From Eledone cirrhosa (Eukaryota), in the NCBI GenBank assembly GCA_964016885.1, contig OZ024743.1, forward strand, positions 93,496,001-93,560,000: DNA of 64,000 nt. The letters run 5' to 3'. Below are positions 24,743-37,741 of the stretch, one piece after another. Each line of letters opens with the position of its first letter. Positions within the stretch are counted from its first letter, which is position 1. Position numbers and translations under genes: made by a program. The notes beneath the pieces were generated by a model, which was not told where the DNA came from, did not search any database, and saw nothing but the letters and a program-made list of their open reading frames with translations.

Positions 24743-25746
24743 GTAAGGATGGCTTTTGTGTTTGTCTGTGCCAATGTATAGATGATTCTTAATATATTTA
24801 ACATTTGGGTAATTTTGTGGGTTATTTCAGGTGGTTGATTGTAGATGGTAGAGGTCTTCATACTGCTACAAATAGAAATGAAAACTGTGGCCATAAAACA
24901 CTTGTGCTTTCTTCTTTACTAGCTTTCTCTTAAAACAGCTTGACTTAGTTCTCATAGCTGAATCAGTAAAAGGGTTAGAGGAAAAACTTAAATTGGGGAA
25001 AGGTCAATTTAGCCCAGACGAAACTCTTAGTAGAACAAAACTACTACCATCTTAGAGTAGAGGTGCATGGCCTAGTGGTAAGGGTGTTGGACTTACAATT
25101 ATAATGTTGTGGATTTGATTCCTGGGCTGGGTTGTGTGTTCTTAAGCAAAACACTTCATTTCATGTTCCAGTATACTCAGCTGAAAATGAATATCAGCCG
25201 TAGCTGGGGGTTTAATCCTGCCATGGACTGGAGTCTTGTCCAGAGGGGAAGTCTTGTACTCTGTCACTTCACGCCACAAAACTGGGATAAGCACTGGCCT
25301 GATGAGCCTCCTGGATTGAGACAGACGAGACAGACTTAGACCATGTTAGAAGTGGCATGCTCAATATACAGAAAGGTATTGGGTAGGAATTTTATACTCG
25401 GCACTCAGTGCAAACACATTAGATATACAATATGAAACCTGAGAAATGAAGTCTTTTAACAGCCCAAAAAGTATTTCATAACTTAATTCGCCATAGATGT
25501 GGATGTTGTGAAATCATAAAATCATAGTAGCTAAAATGAGAATGTGCGGGTAAAGTTCAGCAAACTATTCTTTCTGTTAGGAACAAAGGGCTACTACTCT
25601 GCTGTACACTACATCTCATTCCTATGTATATGAATGTATAATGTTATCATTATTCTCATGTATAGTAATAATACTAACAATTTTCTATACCAGCATTGGT
25701 TGCTACATGAGACAAATCTTGTAAAAAATATTTCTTGTAAATTCAG

Positions 25747-25905
25747 GAATATGCTGTTAACTGTTCGGATATCAGTTGGTCTCGGCTGTATGAGCATGTG
25801 GACTTTTTCGCCTTCTCCCATTTTTTTGGTTGGGCTCTTAAAGCACTTCTCATCCGGCATTATGGAATTCTTTGGACAATCAGCATCTTGTGGGAAGTTA
25901 CTGAG
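25747..25905 (+). CDS. PTDSS1: PTDSS1 exon 5
   Basis: ttcag|GAA ... GAG|gtaag. Encodes [53 protein letters not shown]. Not called in this frame by the ORF track. Confidence 0.95.
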
Positions 25906-25974
25906 GTAAGTTAATCATTTCAATAATTTTCTTTTTCTTTTTTCTTTCTTTTTTTTTCTTTGCCCACTTATTCC

Positions 25975-26150
25975 TGAGATGGTCGTGGGGACAGTCTTCA
26001 AACATTCCTTCCAGTGGGTTCTGTCAGAAGCGACCATCTCCAACTGATCCATCTTGATCCCCAAGCAAGACGAGCTGAGCTCTTGGATGTTGTCCAACCA
26101 TCTTGCTTGGGGTCTACCCCTAGGTCTCCTGTCAGATAGTTTTGCCTGTA
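25975..26150 (-). mobile_element. Decayed LINE 3' fragment; related pieces at about 51250-51550 and 61140-61280
   Basis: Encodes a (R)GRPQARWLDNI...ASDRTHWK-like non-LTR ORF2 C-terminus. Confidence 0.55.
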
Positions 26151-27473
26151 AAAGCTGTCATTTCAATAATCATTGTATTAAAACTTTTACAAAACACAAT
26201 TATTTTTTCTTTAGTTGTTTGAATATTACTGTAATCATTATTCTGTATTTCTGGTCATGACATTTCCACATTATCTAGGCAAGAACCTCTCTCTCTCTCT
26301 CTCTCACACACATGATTAAATAAAATAAGTGTTAATACTGTTAACATGTTAGATGTACTGTGTTAACTTAAAAGAGCAGTTTAAAAGCTTTGACTAATGT
26401 ATTTAGTGGGTGAAAATACGCTATGAGCTGGTGATGGAAAGTGCTGGTAAAAATTGAATTTGAAAATATTGAATATCAGACAATGTTAGGAGCTCAAATT
26501 GGTAATTGCATGTGTGTTGCTATAACAGTTGCTCATGGAAGAATACTTTTGTCAGAAAATAGAAGTCTGTTGTCAGATGCAAATCTTCATCATCATTGTT
26601 TAACGTCTATTTTCCTTCCATGCTAGCATGGGTTAGATCTACATCTCAGACCAATCCTGACTGACACTACAAGACTCCCTCTTGGACAGGATGCCAGTCC
26701 ATCGCAGAGTTAAACCCCCAGCTACTGCTGATACTAATTTTCAGTTTGAAACAAGAGGCAAGGTGTTTAATGTCTGTGTTTGATCTGTGTTATTGTATGG
26801 TAGTGAGTTTTGGTCTCCAAGATTGAGGAAGGACATTGTGACTGGATATGCAGTATCAAAATCTCAGTCCACATGGCATTTCTAAAAGTTAAAAATACCG
26901 CCACTTGTCTCTGTTTTAAGATCACACAGACAGCGTTGGTTTCGACATGTGAACCATAGTGGTGGGTGGATTCATCGATATACCAAGATTGTGGCCCCTT
27001 AGTAGACAGGGGAGGGGGCACCCGTATAAGACCTAGGAAGAGGTAATCAGGAATGATCTGAAAGCCAGGAACTTAGACCAAAACCTTTCCCTGGTATAAA
27101 CACTCCGGAGGGATGCTTTGAAAGAGACTACCAAAACATCCAATGCTTGTGACAAGTAAAGATGATGTTAAATCAGATGATGACAATGAAATTTGAATAG
27201 TAATTCACCTCATGAACATGAGAAAAGATAAACATCAACATTGCCTTAAGTCTTCATCTGATTCAAGAGTTTTTTGTTATAGAAAAGATTAACCTGAAAA
27301 GCATTTTTGTTTGCAAGTTATACACACAATGAATAAGCACACAATCATTGAAACAAGATGCTAAACCAGATAATGTGTATATGCATGGCTACAACAGATA
27401 ATTGATTGAACTCTATTCAAATATGTTTCTAACTTTTCAAATAAATAAAATATTTTTCGTTTTCCCTCAACAG

Positions 27474-27625
27474 GCAGCATTTGTACATCTTCTCCCCAAT
27501 TTCGCTGAATGTTGGTGGGATGCTCTGGTTTTGGATGTGTTGGTTTGTAACGGATTTGGTATTTACCTTGGTATGCTGGTTTGTCAAAAACTGGAGATGA
27601 GAACATATTACTGGGAGAGTATCAA
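27474..27625 (+). CDS. PTDSS1: PTDSS1 exon 6
   Basis: caacag|GCA ... AA|gtaag. Encodes [50 protein letters not shown], including the PSS signature [12 protein letters not shown]. Confidence 0.96.
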
Positions 27626-27699
27626 GTAAGTAAACACATTCCTTTATTATCGACCTTCTGTTATTTCAGTTACACCAAAGATTCATTATAGGAATATAC

Positions 27700-29984
27700 G
27701 TTCTACAACGCGAGGACCAAAAACGTGAGGTGTTCAGGATTGCTAGGCAATGTGTCAAGGAAAACCGTAATATTGTCGGAGAAGTGTGTCCTTAATGATG
27801 ATGGTGTACTTGCCATCACTGACGCTGATAAAAAGGTAGCTTGGAAGTGTCACTACGAAAGGCTACTAAATGAGGAGAATAAATGAGAGAAAGACAGTCT
27901 CCCCCACATCGACCCAATAGAGGGACCAGCAGTGTTAGTCGAAGGTAGTATAATAAGTAAGGCAATCAAACATATGAAGACAGGTAGGCGGCTGGGCCTT
28001 CGGAAATAGTTGCTGAAATGCTGAAAGCTTCTGGAACGGTGGGACACACCATGGTCACTCGGATAGTAAACCAAGTCATACAGAATGGGGTTGTTCCGAA
28101 GGACTGGCGTAGCAGCATCATCATTAACTGCTACAAGGGTAAAGGAGATGCTCTAGATAGGAGTAACTATAGAGGCATTAAATTAATCGACCAGGTCATG
28201 AAGGTCACAGAAAAAGTAATAGCGTAACTAATCAGAGAGAGAATTGATCTAGATGAAATGCAGTTCGGGTTTGTGTCAGGTAAAAGTACCACAGACGCTC
28301 TTTTCATTGTACGACAACTGCAGGAAAAGTACCTAGCTAAAAGTAAACCCCTATACTTAGCTTTTGTCGACTTGGAGAAAGCCTTCGACAGAGTCCCCCG
28401 TTCCATTATCTGGTGGGCTCTTGGAAAACTAGGTGTTGATGAATGGCTTGTGAGAGCTATACAAGCCATGTATAAAGAAACAGTCAGCAAGGTTAGAATT
28501 AACAACGAATATAGTGAAGAGTTTAGCGTAAAAGTTGGTGTTCATCAGGGCTCTGTTCTTAGCCCCCTACTATTTATTATTGCCCTTCAGGCTATAACAG
28601 TGGAGTTCAAGACTGGCTGCCCACGGGAACTCCTATACGCAGATGTTCTAACGCTCATAGCTGAATCAATGGCCGAACTAGAGAAGAAACTCCAAACATG
28701 GAAGCATGGTCTAGAATCAAAAGGCCTTAAAATTAACCTGTCTAAGACTAAAGTTCTAGTTTGTAGGAAGGAAAATAGGGCGCCAGTCCCATCCGAGAAA
28801 TGGCCATGCTCAGTGTGTAAGAATGGAGTAGGTAGAAACTCCATTTTATGTCCCAAATGCAAAGTATGGGTGCATAAAAGATGTAGTGGGATCACAGGTA
28901 AGCTAACTAAGAGCATAGATTTTATATGTGGCCGGTGCTCTGGTGCAATAAGTAGCAGCAAGTGCCCACAGAATACTAGCTCACTCCATTGCACAGATGG
29001 TTCTATAGAAATAGTGGACAGCTTCCGTTACTTGGGTGACAAAATCAGCAGAGGGGGAGGGTGCTCTGAAAGTACAGTAGCTAGAGTCAGAACTGGATGG
29101 AAAAAGTTCAGAGAGCTTATACCACTATTAGCTGCTAAAGGGTTCTCCCTAAAAATGAAAGGCAGGCTGTATGATGCCTGCATACGAACAGCAATGTTAC
29201 ATGGCAGTGAAACCTGGGCATTGTGTGCAGAGGATATACGCAGACTGGAGAGGAACGAAGCGTGCATGCTCCGCTGGATGTGTAATAGTAATATACATGT
29301 ACGGCAAAGCATAAACGAACTAAGGGAAAAATTAGAAATAAGAGGGATCAAATGTTGTTTACTCGAGCGAAGGCTACGTTGGTATGGTCATGTGATGCGC
29401 ATGGAAGACGACAGCTGTATAAAAAAAGTGCAAGGCAATAAAAATAGACGGTAGCCACGGAGTAGGCAGACCCAGAAAAACCTGGGACGACTTGATAAAT
29501 TCCGACCTCACACACTTACACCTCTCCAAGACAATGTCACTGGACCGAGACCTTTGGCGCTACACAATAATACAGAAGACCCACCTTACCTAAGTACAAA
29601 GTGAAACCTACTACAGTCAGTAGGCACCTCTAACAAAATACACCCCCGTCCCACTACCCCCATCCCATCCACACCACCCCTTTCAATGTAAAGTTATGTT
29701 GGTACCACAACATCCAGCCCGAAACAAATGAGGTCGTGTAGGTGTCACAACAAAAAAACACACAGTCCACGCTGTAATGTGGCCGTGTCGGTAACACGGT
29801 AAAAACCTCCCAGTTCCACACTGTAAATGTGGTTGGTGTTAGGAAGGGCATCCAGCTGTAGAAAACCTGCCAGACAGTCCTATGCGAGCAAGACAACCAC
29901 TCTTGCCTCAAGTGGGAAAACTCCCGTCCAAACCCATGCAAGCGTGGAATATGGACGTTTAAATGATGATGATCATGATGATGA
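27700..29984 (+). mobile_element. RTE LINE, 5'-truncated copy of the same family as 7451-10903
   Basis: Colinear with the first copy. Has premature stops, YADV instead of YADD, a frameshift in an A-run near 29425, a 3' UTR and a GAT tail. Confidence 0.93.
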
Positions 29985-31925
29985 CTCATATATAAACCAA
30001 AATATATGTAACAAAAAACAAACAATAGTAAAATGGAGAAGAGGGAGGGGGCTTGATTTTCACCAACTTCAAAATTCTACATAAACGAGGCACTAAAATA
30101 TTTTCACTTTCGACGTGAAATTCGTATTTCCTGTTTTTGATGTTTTGAATGAATATGACCCGAAAAATGGTCAGAAATTGCTAAGAAAATCATTACATAA
30201 TAGAGTTGTGAAACAAAAACTATACTCTAAATGACACTTAAAAGATTTTAAATATCAAAATATTAAAACTTCATAAATATTTTCTTTACCCATGAGAATT
30301 TCAAAAGTGCGTCAATCTAAACATATGTTGATTACCTGCCTTAGTTTATAAATAGCGTTTGGATTTTTTCCTATTTCTCGGACATTAAATAGGGGGCCGG
30401 CTTATATTTGGATGGACTTATATTCGAGTATATATTGTAAATCAACCTAGAATTTGACTGGTGCTTTATTATTACTGACTAGTTGACCTCATGCCATCAA
30501 AAGTGATGGCTAATTGTAGTATTCTATATATAAAAAGGGTACAAAGTCAAGTTTTTAGTTTAATAATTCTTTTATTACAAATTTTTTTTTTTTTTAAACT
30601 ATCCTCAACTAACATAGATAACCAAGATATCTTTGTGTGCATATGTATACATTTATACATATGAGTATATATACATTCACATATACACTCACACAAGTGT
30701 AACGCATCTTAGAACGCTGGTTGCTTTTTTCTATAGTTTGTCACCACCCCCTTTCTTCCTCAGTCATCTCCCTTTCAGTGAGTGATGGACAAATATATAT
30801 ATATATATATATCATCATCATCATCACCGTTTTACATCCGTTCTTCCACGCTAGCATGGGTTAGACGGGTTGTCCTGTTGTGGGCAGTGTCTGGTCGGCT
30901 GACCTTGTCTTGCTTATACGGGAACTGATTCTGGCTTGATTTCTACAACTGGATGCCCTTCCTAACACCAACCTCATTTACAGTGAGTGCTGGGTGCTTT
31001 TTCGTGGCACCTACACGTCCACTTTACAGTGGGAGGGTGTGAGGGCATATTATCAATATGCTTCAGCTTCGGCTTGTACCCGTGGGGGGTCGGGTCTTCT
31101 GTATTACTACGTGACACCAGAGGTTACGGTCGTGTGTCATCGCCTTTGAGAGGTGTAATTGGGTATATACACATTGTATTCGTGAGTGAATAAAAATAAT
31201 ATTACAATGCATCCTTTAAAACCTCCGTGCTTCCCGAGATTTGCCAACACTACACCTAATGTTCCCCCTCCATACACATACACACATGTATACACTACTC
31301 ACTTTCCTGACATTTATATATTATTCTATGTACTATACATGCGCCTTTGACGAGTTGTAGCGCATCTGAGCACTTTACACAATAATTTCATTATTATTAT
31401 TAATATCATATTATTAATATTCGGTTTATTTACAAGTAAATAGCCTCATATGATATTGTAATATTTTTTATTCACTCACGAATACACTTATGTTAAGAGC
31501 GAAAATAAATTTGTTTTTTTTTAATGTACACACATTCACTATTATTATAGTTAATTTTAAGACAGCACTATGATGAATTTAAGAATAAGGAAGTTCAAAT
31601 CTGATTATTATAACCATTATGTTTTACCAGTGAAGGTGCATAACACTGCTTACCTCAGTCTGCTTAGCTTTGATAACATCTATTAATATTTTACAGTTTG
31701 ATGTTTAAAAGTAGAAAAGGCATCTGGCTGTGTAAACAGCTCAAATCTATTTTAGGTCATAGTGAAGAAATGGTTAAGAAAAAAAATTTAAGTTAAGTTG
31801 TACAAAGTTGGTGTCAGAAATAATTAATGCCTTCTTTTGTGCTCAACATAAATACCAGATCAAAGAACCTTGGACTTCGATATGTACAGTGAAACATTGT
31901 GTTGTATAACTGACTGAAATAAGTA

Positions 31926-33215
31926 AAACTAGCTGTCAAGTTAAGCCAGTCCGGAGAGGAGTGACCACCAGTAAGACTGTCTGAGTCAGAAGTTAAACTA
32001 GCTGTCAAGTTAAGCCAGTCCGGAGAGGAGTGACCACCAATAAGACTGTCTGAGTCAGAAGTTAAACTAGCTGTCAAGTTAAGCCTGTCCTGAGAGGAGT
32101 GACCACCAATAAGACTGTCTGAGTCAGAAGTTAAACTAGCTGTCAAGTTAAGCCAGTCCGGAGAGGAGTGACCACCAATAAGACTGTCTGAGTCGGAAGT
32201 TAAACTAGCTGTCAAGTTAAGCCAGTCCGGAGAGGAGTGACCACCAATAAGACTGTCTGAGTCGGAAGTTAAACTAGCTGTCAAGTTAAGCCAGTCCTGA
32301 GAGGAGTGACCACCAATAAGACTGTCTGAGTCAGAAGTTAAACTAGCTGTCAAGTTAAGCCAGTCCGGAGAGGAGTGACCACCAATAAGACTGTCTGAGT
32401 CGGAAGTTAAACTAGCTGTCAAGTTAAGCCAGTCCTGAGAGGAGTGACCACCAATAAGACTGTCTGAGTCAGAAGTTAAACTAGCTGTCAAGTTAAGCCA
32501 GTCCTGAGAGGAGTGACCACCAATAAGACTGTCTGAGTCAGAAGTTAAACTAGCTGTCAAGTTAAGCCAGTCCGGAGAGGAGTGACCACCAATAAGACTG
32601 TCTGAGTCGGAAGTTAAACTAGCTGTCAAGTTAAGCCAGTCCTGAGAGGAGTGACCACCAATAAGACTGTCTGAGTCAGAAGTTAAACTAGCTGTCAAGT
32701 TAAGCCAGTCCGGAGAGGAGTGACCACCAATAAGACTGTCTGAGTCGGAAGTTAAACTAGCTGTCAAGTTAAGCCAGTCCTGAGAGAAGTGACCACCAAT
32801 AAGACTGTCTGAGTCGGAAGTTAAACTAGCTGTCAAGTTAAGCCTGTCCTCAGAGGAGTGACCACCAATAAGACTGTCTGAGTCAGAAGTTAAACTAGCT
32901 GTCAAGTTAAGCCAGTCCGGAGAGGAGTGACCACCAATAAGACTGTCTGAGTCGGAAGTTAAACTAGCTGTCAAGTTAAGCCTGTCCTGAGAGGAGTGAC
33001 CACCAATAAGACTGTCTGAGTCGGAAGTTAAACTAGCTGTCAAGTTAAGCCAGTCCTGAGAGGAGTGACCACCAATAAGACTGTCTGAGTCGGAAGTTAA
33101 ACTAGCTGTCAAGTTAAGCCTGTCCTCAGAGGAGTGACCACCAATAAGACTGTCTGAGTCAGAAGTTAAACTAGCTGTCAAGTTAAGCCTGTCCTGAGAG
33201 GAGTGACCACCAATA
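31926..33215. repeat. 69-bp minisatellite, about 18.7 copies
   Basis: Unit AAACTAGCTGTCAAGTTAAGCCAGTCCGGAGAGGAGTGACCACCAATAAGACTGTCTGAGTCAGAAGTT with a few recurrent variant sites. Confidence 0.96.
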
Positions 33216-33572
33216 CCATGGATACTAGAGAAATTATGATTGTTGAAGCAATGGCAGCGCTAAAATAATGTAAGGGTGCGAGTGGTAAAGGTGTTGTCAT
33301 GAGTTTGATTCCTGGACTGGGTTGTGTGTTGCATTCTTGATCAAAACACATTGCTCCAGTATACTCAGCTGAAACAATAGCTGGAGGTTTAACTGGCATT
33401 CTATCCAGGGGGGAGTCTTGTACTCTGTTGCTTAACTCCATGGAAACCAGGATAAGCACCGGCCTGATAAGCCTCCAGGGTTGTGACAAACTTTACACTT
33501 TTTAGCTAGTATATTGTCAAATATTCTATATGATTATGCACATGTTATATCCTGATTGTTTCTATTTTACAG

Positions 33573-33632
33573 AGATATCCATTCCACAACTGGAAAAATA
33601 CGCCGAGCAGTTCTACAGTTTACACCGTCCAG
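33573..33632 (+). CDS. PTDSS1: PTDSS1 exon 7
   Basis: ttacag|A ... AG|gtatg. Encodes DIHSTTGKIRRAVLQFTPS. Confidence 0.94.
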
Positions 33633-33636
33633 GTAT

Positions 33637-33669
<33 letters not shown>

Positions 33670-35115
33670 GTATATCATCAAAATTAAATGAGAAAAAACT
33701 CCAATTATGGAAATATAAACAAGATAGGCGGAAACATTTTTCTATCTAACTTCACTTATATATAGATCTCCCTACCATATATAGAGTTTTTTCTCATTTA
33801 ATTTGAATATATAATATTGCTTCTCTGAAAGATTTCTTTCGTTGGGGTGTTTGCGTATTAGTGACTAATTAACCTTTGATAAATATATATATATATATTG
33901 GGGTATCTATCTCTATAAACAATTTGTGAATGTCTTTCCAATGTTATTTTAGTATCTTTGAAGTCAATCTAGATTGCAGTAAGCTATCCTGTTGTGAGCA
34001 ATGCCAGGTCAAGTGACATGTCTTGATCATACAGAACCGATTTTGGCATGGTTTCTACAGCTGGATGCTAGCGCCAACCTCATTTACAGTGAGTGCTGGG
34101 TGCTTTTTATCGTGGCACCTACACGACCACTTTACAGTGTGAACTGGAGACTTCACTAGTTGTATGCCTCATGAGAGATCTATGAAAGGGTGAGGTGGTG
34201 CATACTATATATATGCTTCAGCTTCAGCCTGTACCCGTGGGAAGGCGTGTCTGCTAAAATGCCGGATGTGATTGCAAATGTATAATGTGCTGGTGATGTA
34301 CAACTGAGAAATCCATTAGCATGTTCTTTAAATTCAGGTTTTTTTTCATTTAATGTAGTAAATTATGGTTTGCTTCATATGTGGTTTCAAAATCTCAGTC
34401 AACATGGCATGATTCTGTTTTAAGATCATGCAGACTATGTTGGTTTGGACATGTGAACTGTAGTGGTGGGTGGATACATCAATGTACCAATATTGTGAAT
34501 AAGCACACACACATCTTATTATAAACCAGAAGTTGAGCTTATATTATAATTTGTCATAATTATTTTATAATTTTTCATAATTATTAGATTAGCCTATCCT
34601 TTTCTAGCAGGAGGGGGAAAATATCAGGTGTTAAATGATGATAGGAATGTCTATCCTGGTATTACATACCTATTCTAGGCATTAGTAGAAGTGTCTAAAA
34701 TTACAGCATCATCCAACACATTGTAAATCATCATCATCATCACTGTTTAACGTCTGTCATCCATGCTTGCATGGGTTAGACGAGATGTCCTGTTGTGAGA
34801 CAAGTCAGATCAAGTGATCATATCTTGCTCATACAGAACTTTTTGGCTAGGTTTCTACACCAACCACATTTAAGTGTGACATTGGTTAATAACCGCAAAC
34901 AAGAAGAGACTTGTAATGATGGTAATGACAAAAGACAGGCACACTTGAAAGTATTCCACTGATTGGAGTGTGTTGGAGAAAGCTGGTTTACCTATTGGGT
35001 AGATAACATCTTATGAGCCTCAGATTAAAGTTATTGTGTATATAATGATAAACAAGCTGAAAAAATGTGATTATTTGAATTGTTCTCAGATGGTTTTTAT
35101 CTGTTTTTATTTCAG

Positions 35116-35197
35116 CTGGACTCATGTGCGATGGCTTGATCCCAATTCCTCCTACATGAGAGTGTTGGCTGTAGGTATTTTGGTTGTTATATGGCAG
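35116..35197 (+). CDS. PTDSS1: PTDSS1 exon 8
   Basis: tttcag|C ... CAG|gtagg. Encodes WTHVRWLDPNSSYMRVLAVGILVVIWQ. Confidence 0.94.
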
Positions 35198-35517
35198 GTA
35201 GGTTATTATCTGTTATCATCTGCAAGTTTTCTGTATAATATTTTGAAAGGGTCAACCTGATTGACTGTTGTGTAGTATTTAGTTAAGTCCCTCTAGTATT
35301 TTGAGTTTAAACCTTGCTAAAGTTGTTTTCAACTTTCTGCGATTCGTAAAAATTATATCAGTCATGTACTGATTGATTCAATTAACTATAGTCTGTTATA
35401 AATTAGTGGCTTTATGTCTGTGTGAAGGTGCGCGGTTAAGTGGTTAGGGAATTAGATTCATAATTGTGAGGTTGCAAGTTTGATTCCCAGACTGGGGCTG
35501 GAATAAGTTGTCTCAGT

Positions 35518-35555
<38 letters not shown>

Positions 35556-35884
35556 GAATTAGTCATTTTGTTTACATATTGAGATCCCCACTCATCCTAT
35601 TTATTTTTTAACATACAGGATTTCTAGTAATGTACTATTTTTTTGTCATGTATAATATTTTGTAATGTCTAACGAAAATTGACGCAGGAATGCTACCACT
35701 TAAAATAAAATTTCACTGGAGATAGGTTAATAAAATTTTATAAAGAGAGGGTTGGAAAAAATCTGAAAAATGAATAAGCAGGGTGGGGGTGATTATTCAA
35801 GAGCCGAGAGTACATATGATCAGATACAGTGATATACTGTTATAGATGATTTATGTTTTGTAAAATCTTTATCTTTAATTTCAG

Positions 35885-35997
35885 GTTGCAGAATTGAATC
35901 TATTCTTCCTAAAGCACATATTTATGATTCCCCCTGCACACCCAGTCAATGTGATCCGCACCGTGCTTATTGCACTTGTTTCTGCACCAGCAATTAG
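35885..35997 (+). CDS. PTDSS1: PTDSS1 exon 9
   Basis: tttcag|GTT ... AG|gtgag. Encodes VAELNLFFLKHIFMIPPAHPVNVIRTVLIALVSAPAI. Confidence 0.94.
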
Positions 35998-36532
35998 GTG
36001 AGTTTTCCTTTGAGCCTCAGAATTAAAACGGCATCAGCAATTCTGAATATTAAACCTTGGTTTGTAATAGGTGATGTGTATGTGTCTGAACGTTGATTTT
36101 AGAACAGTAGTTTCATATTACATTGTTTGTTCATTTTTATGGTTCTAGGTACATGATTATTAATTACATATAACCAGTGCCAAATATAGGATACTAAATT
36201 GTAACCCATTTGATACCAAGTCGTTCTTGGTTCTATGATACAAAACAGTTTATTTTAATGTGTTCATATTTATCTAAAAACCTTCCATCATAATTTTATG
36301 TAAAAACCTATGTTAAATTAGGTTTCCAAAATCAACTTAACAATGAGAAAATTAGTTATTTCACTAAAACCCTCAAAATTCTTGATTATTTTCAAAGGTA
36401 TTTGAAGTATCATAGTCTGCTTTTCATTAGAACTATAGTAACAAACAGTTAATTATACCATCACTACACATATGGCATCATCTATTATGTTTGTATACAC
36501 AAAATAGATTTCTTCATAGCTGTGTAGTTTAA

Positions 36533-37741
36533 CCCTTTAGTGTTGAAACCGGCCAAAATTATTTCCCTTTCATTTGTTCAAACCGCCCGAAACCGGCCGA
36601 TAACACCCACACTAAAATATCGTTCTAAAAATAAACAAACCATCATCAAAATCTCGTCAATTCGATAATTACTGCGAAATTAGGCCCTTACCACGAAAAT
36701 TAACACTTAATATAGTGAAACGACTTAAAACAACGTGTTTTTTTAACATTGAAAGTAGAACAGATTTTTTGTGTATCAATATGGCTTATGAAAGTAGCGA
36801 TACCGACTTTGAAGGTTTTACACACGACAACATTCAGAATGAACAAGAAACAAACGATAATATTAGTGATTTATCTTCAAATGAATCAGATGTTTACAGT
36901 TCTGAAATTTCATCCGACGATGATTGTTGTTTTGAAAGTGAAAACGGAGATCTCCTGGACATCATTGAAAATATTACAGCAACGTGGTTGAATAATACCA
37001 CACCAATATATGTTCCCGATTTTATTCAAAATACTGGTCCACAACACACATTAGCTCCCGATGCTAAAACACTGGATTATTTCTTTTTGTTTTTACCACA
37101 AACTTTCTTCGAAGTTGTGGCAGAAGAGATTAATCGATATGCCCAACAACAGATTTCAAATCGAGGAAAACCCCATCTGTTTGGCGACTGACAGATGCTG
37201 CGGAAATGCATTTTTTACCGTAAATATTATGTTCGGTATAAAACAATATCCAAGACTGTGGAATTACTGGAACACTGATATAAGGTTTAGTGATCCTTAT
37301 ATATCAAGTATTATGCCGAAAACAATGTATTTAAAATTAAACCAGTATTTGTACCTGGTTGATACTTCAAATGTCCCTATTAATTAATTTCACCTGCCCA
37401 TATTTAAACATCTACTGACAAAATTTCAAGAAAATTAAGAAAATTACAAACAAATAAAATTGATAATCCTCTTGAGTATGATTAACTCAAAATAATTGTT
37501 TCTACTTTTGGCACAAGGCCAGCAATTACCCAGTGCATTACTGGTACTTTATTTCGTCGACCCCATGAGGATGAAAGGCAAAGTTAACCTTGGCGGGCTT
37601 TGAACTCAGAATGGCAAGGGACGTAACTCTATGCGTCAAAGCATGGCGTCCGACCCTCTACCGATACTGCCAATCCACCGCCCTCAAAATGATGCGAACA
37701 GATAAGCATGACATTTGAAAATTAATGCGAATGCTAAAGGG
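36533..37741 (+). mobile_element. Internally deleted piggyBac transposon containing a nested SINE (about 37495-37682, -)
   Basis: TTAA TSDs (36529-36532, 37742-37745), TIR CCCTTTAG/CTAAAGGG and a transposase remnant. The SINE is flanked by a CTCAAAAT duplication. Confidence 0.85.
36781..37387 (+). pseudogene. piggyBac (PGBD4-like) transposase N-terminal remnant, frameshifted
   Basis: Acidic N-terminus (SSDTDFEGF), then GP...LDYFFLF...EEINRYAQQ. In a second frame, GIKQYPRLWNYW...ISSIMPK...LNQYLYLVD. The DDD domain is absent. Confidence 0.8.

Noticed and set aside
31926-33215. CRISPR-like array or 455-aa repeat protein gene
   Set aside because: Units are contiguous with no unique spacers and there are no cas genes. 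The ORF has no ATG and follows simply from a 69-bp unit lacking stops in one frame.
33681-33804. Short inverted repeat after exon 7 as another hammerhead cassette
   Set aside because: The 21-bp inverted ends are real, but no CUGANGA core was found on either strand.
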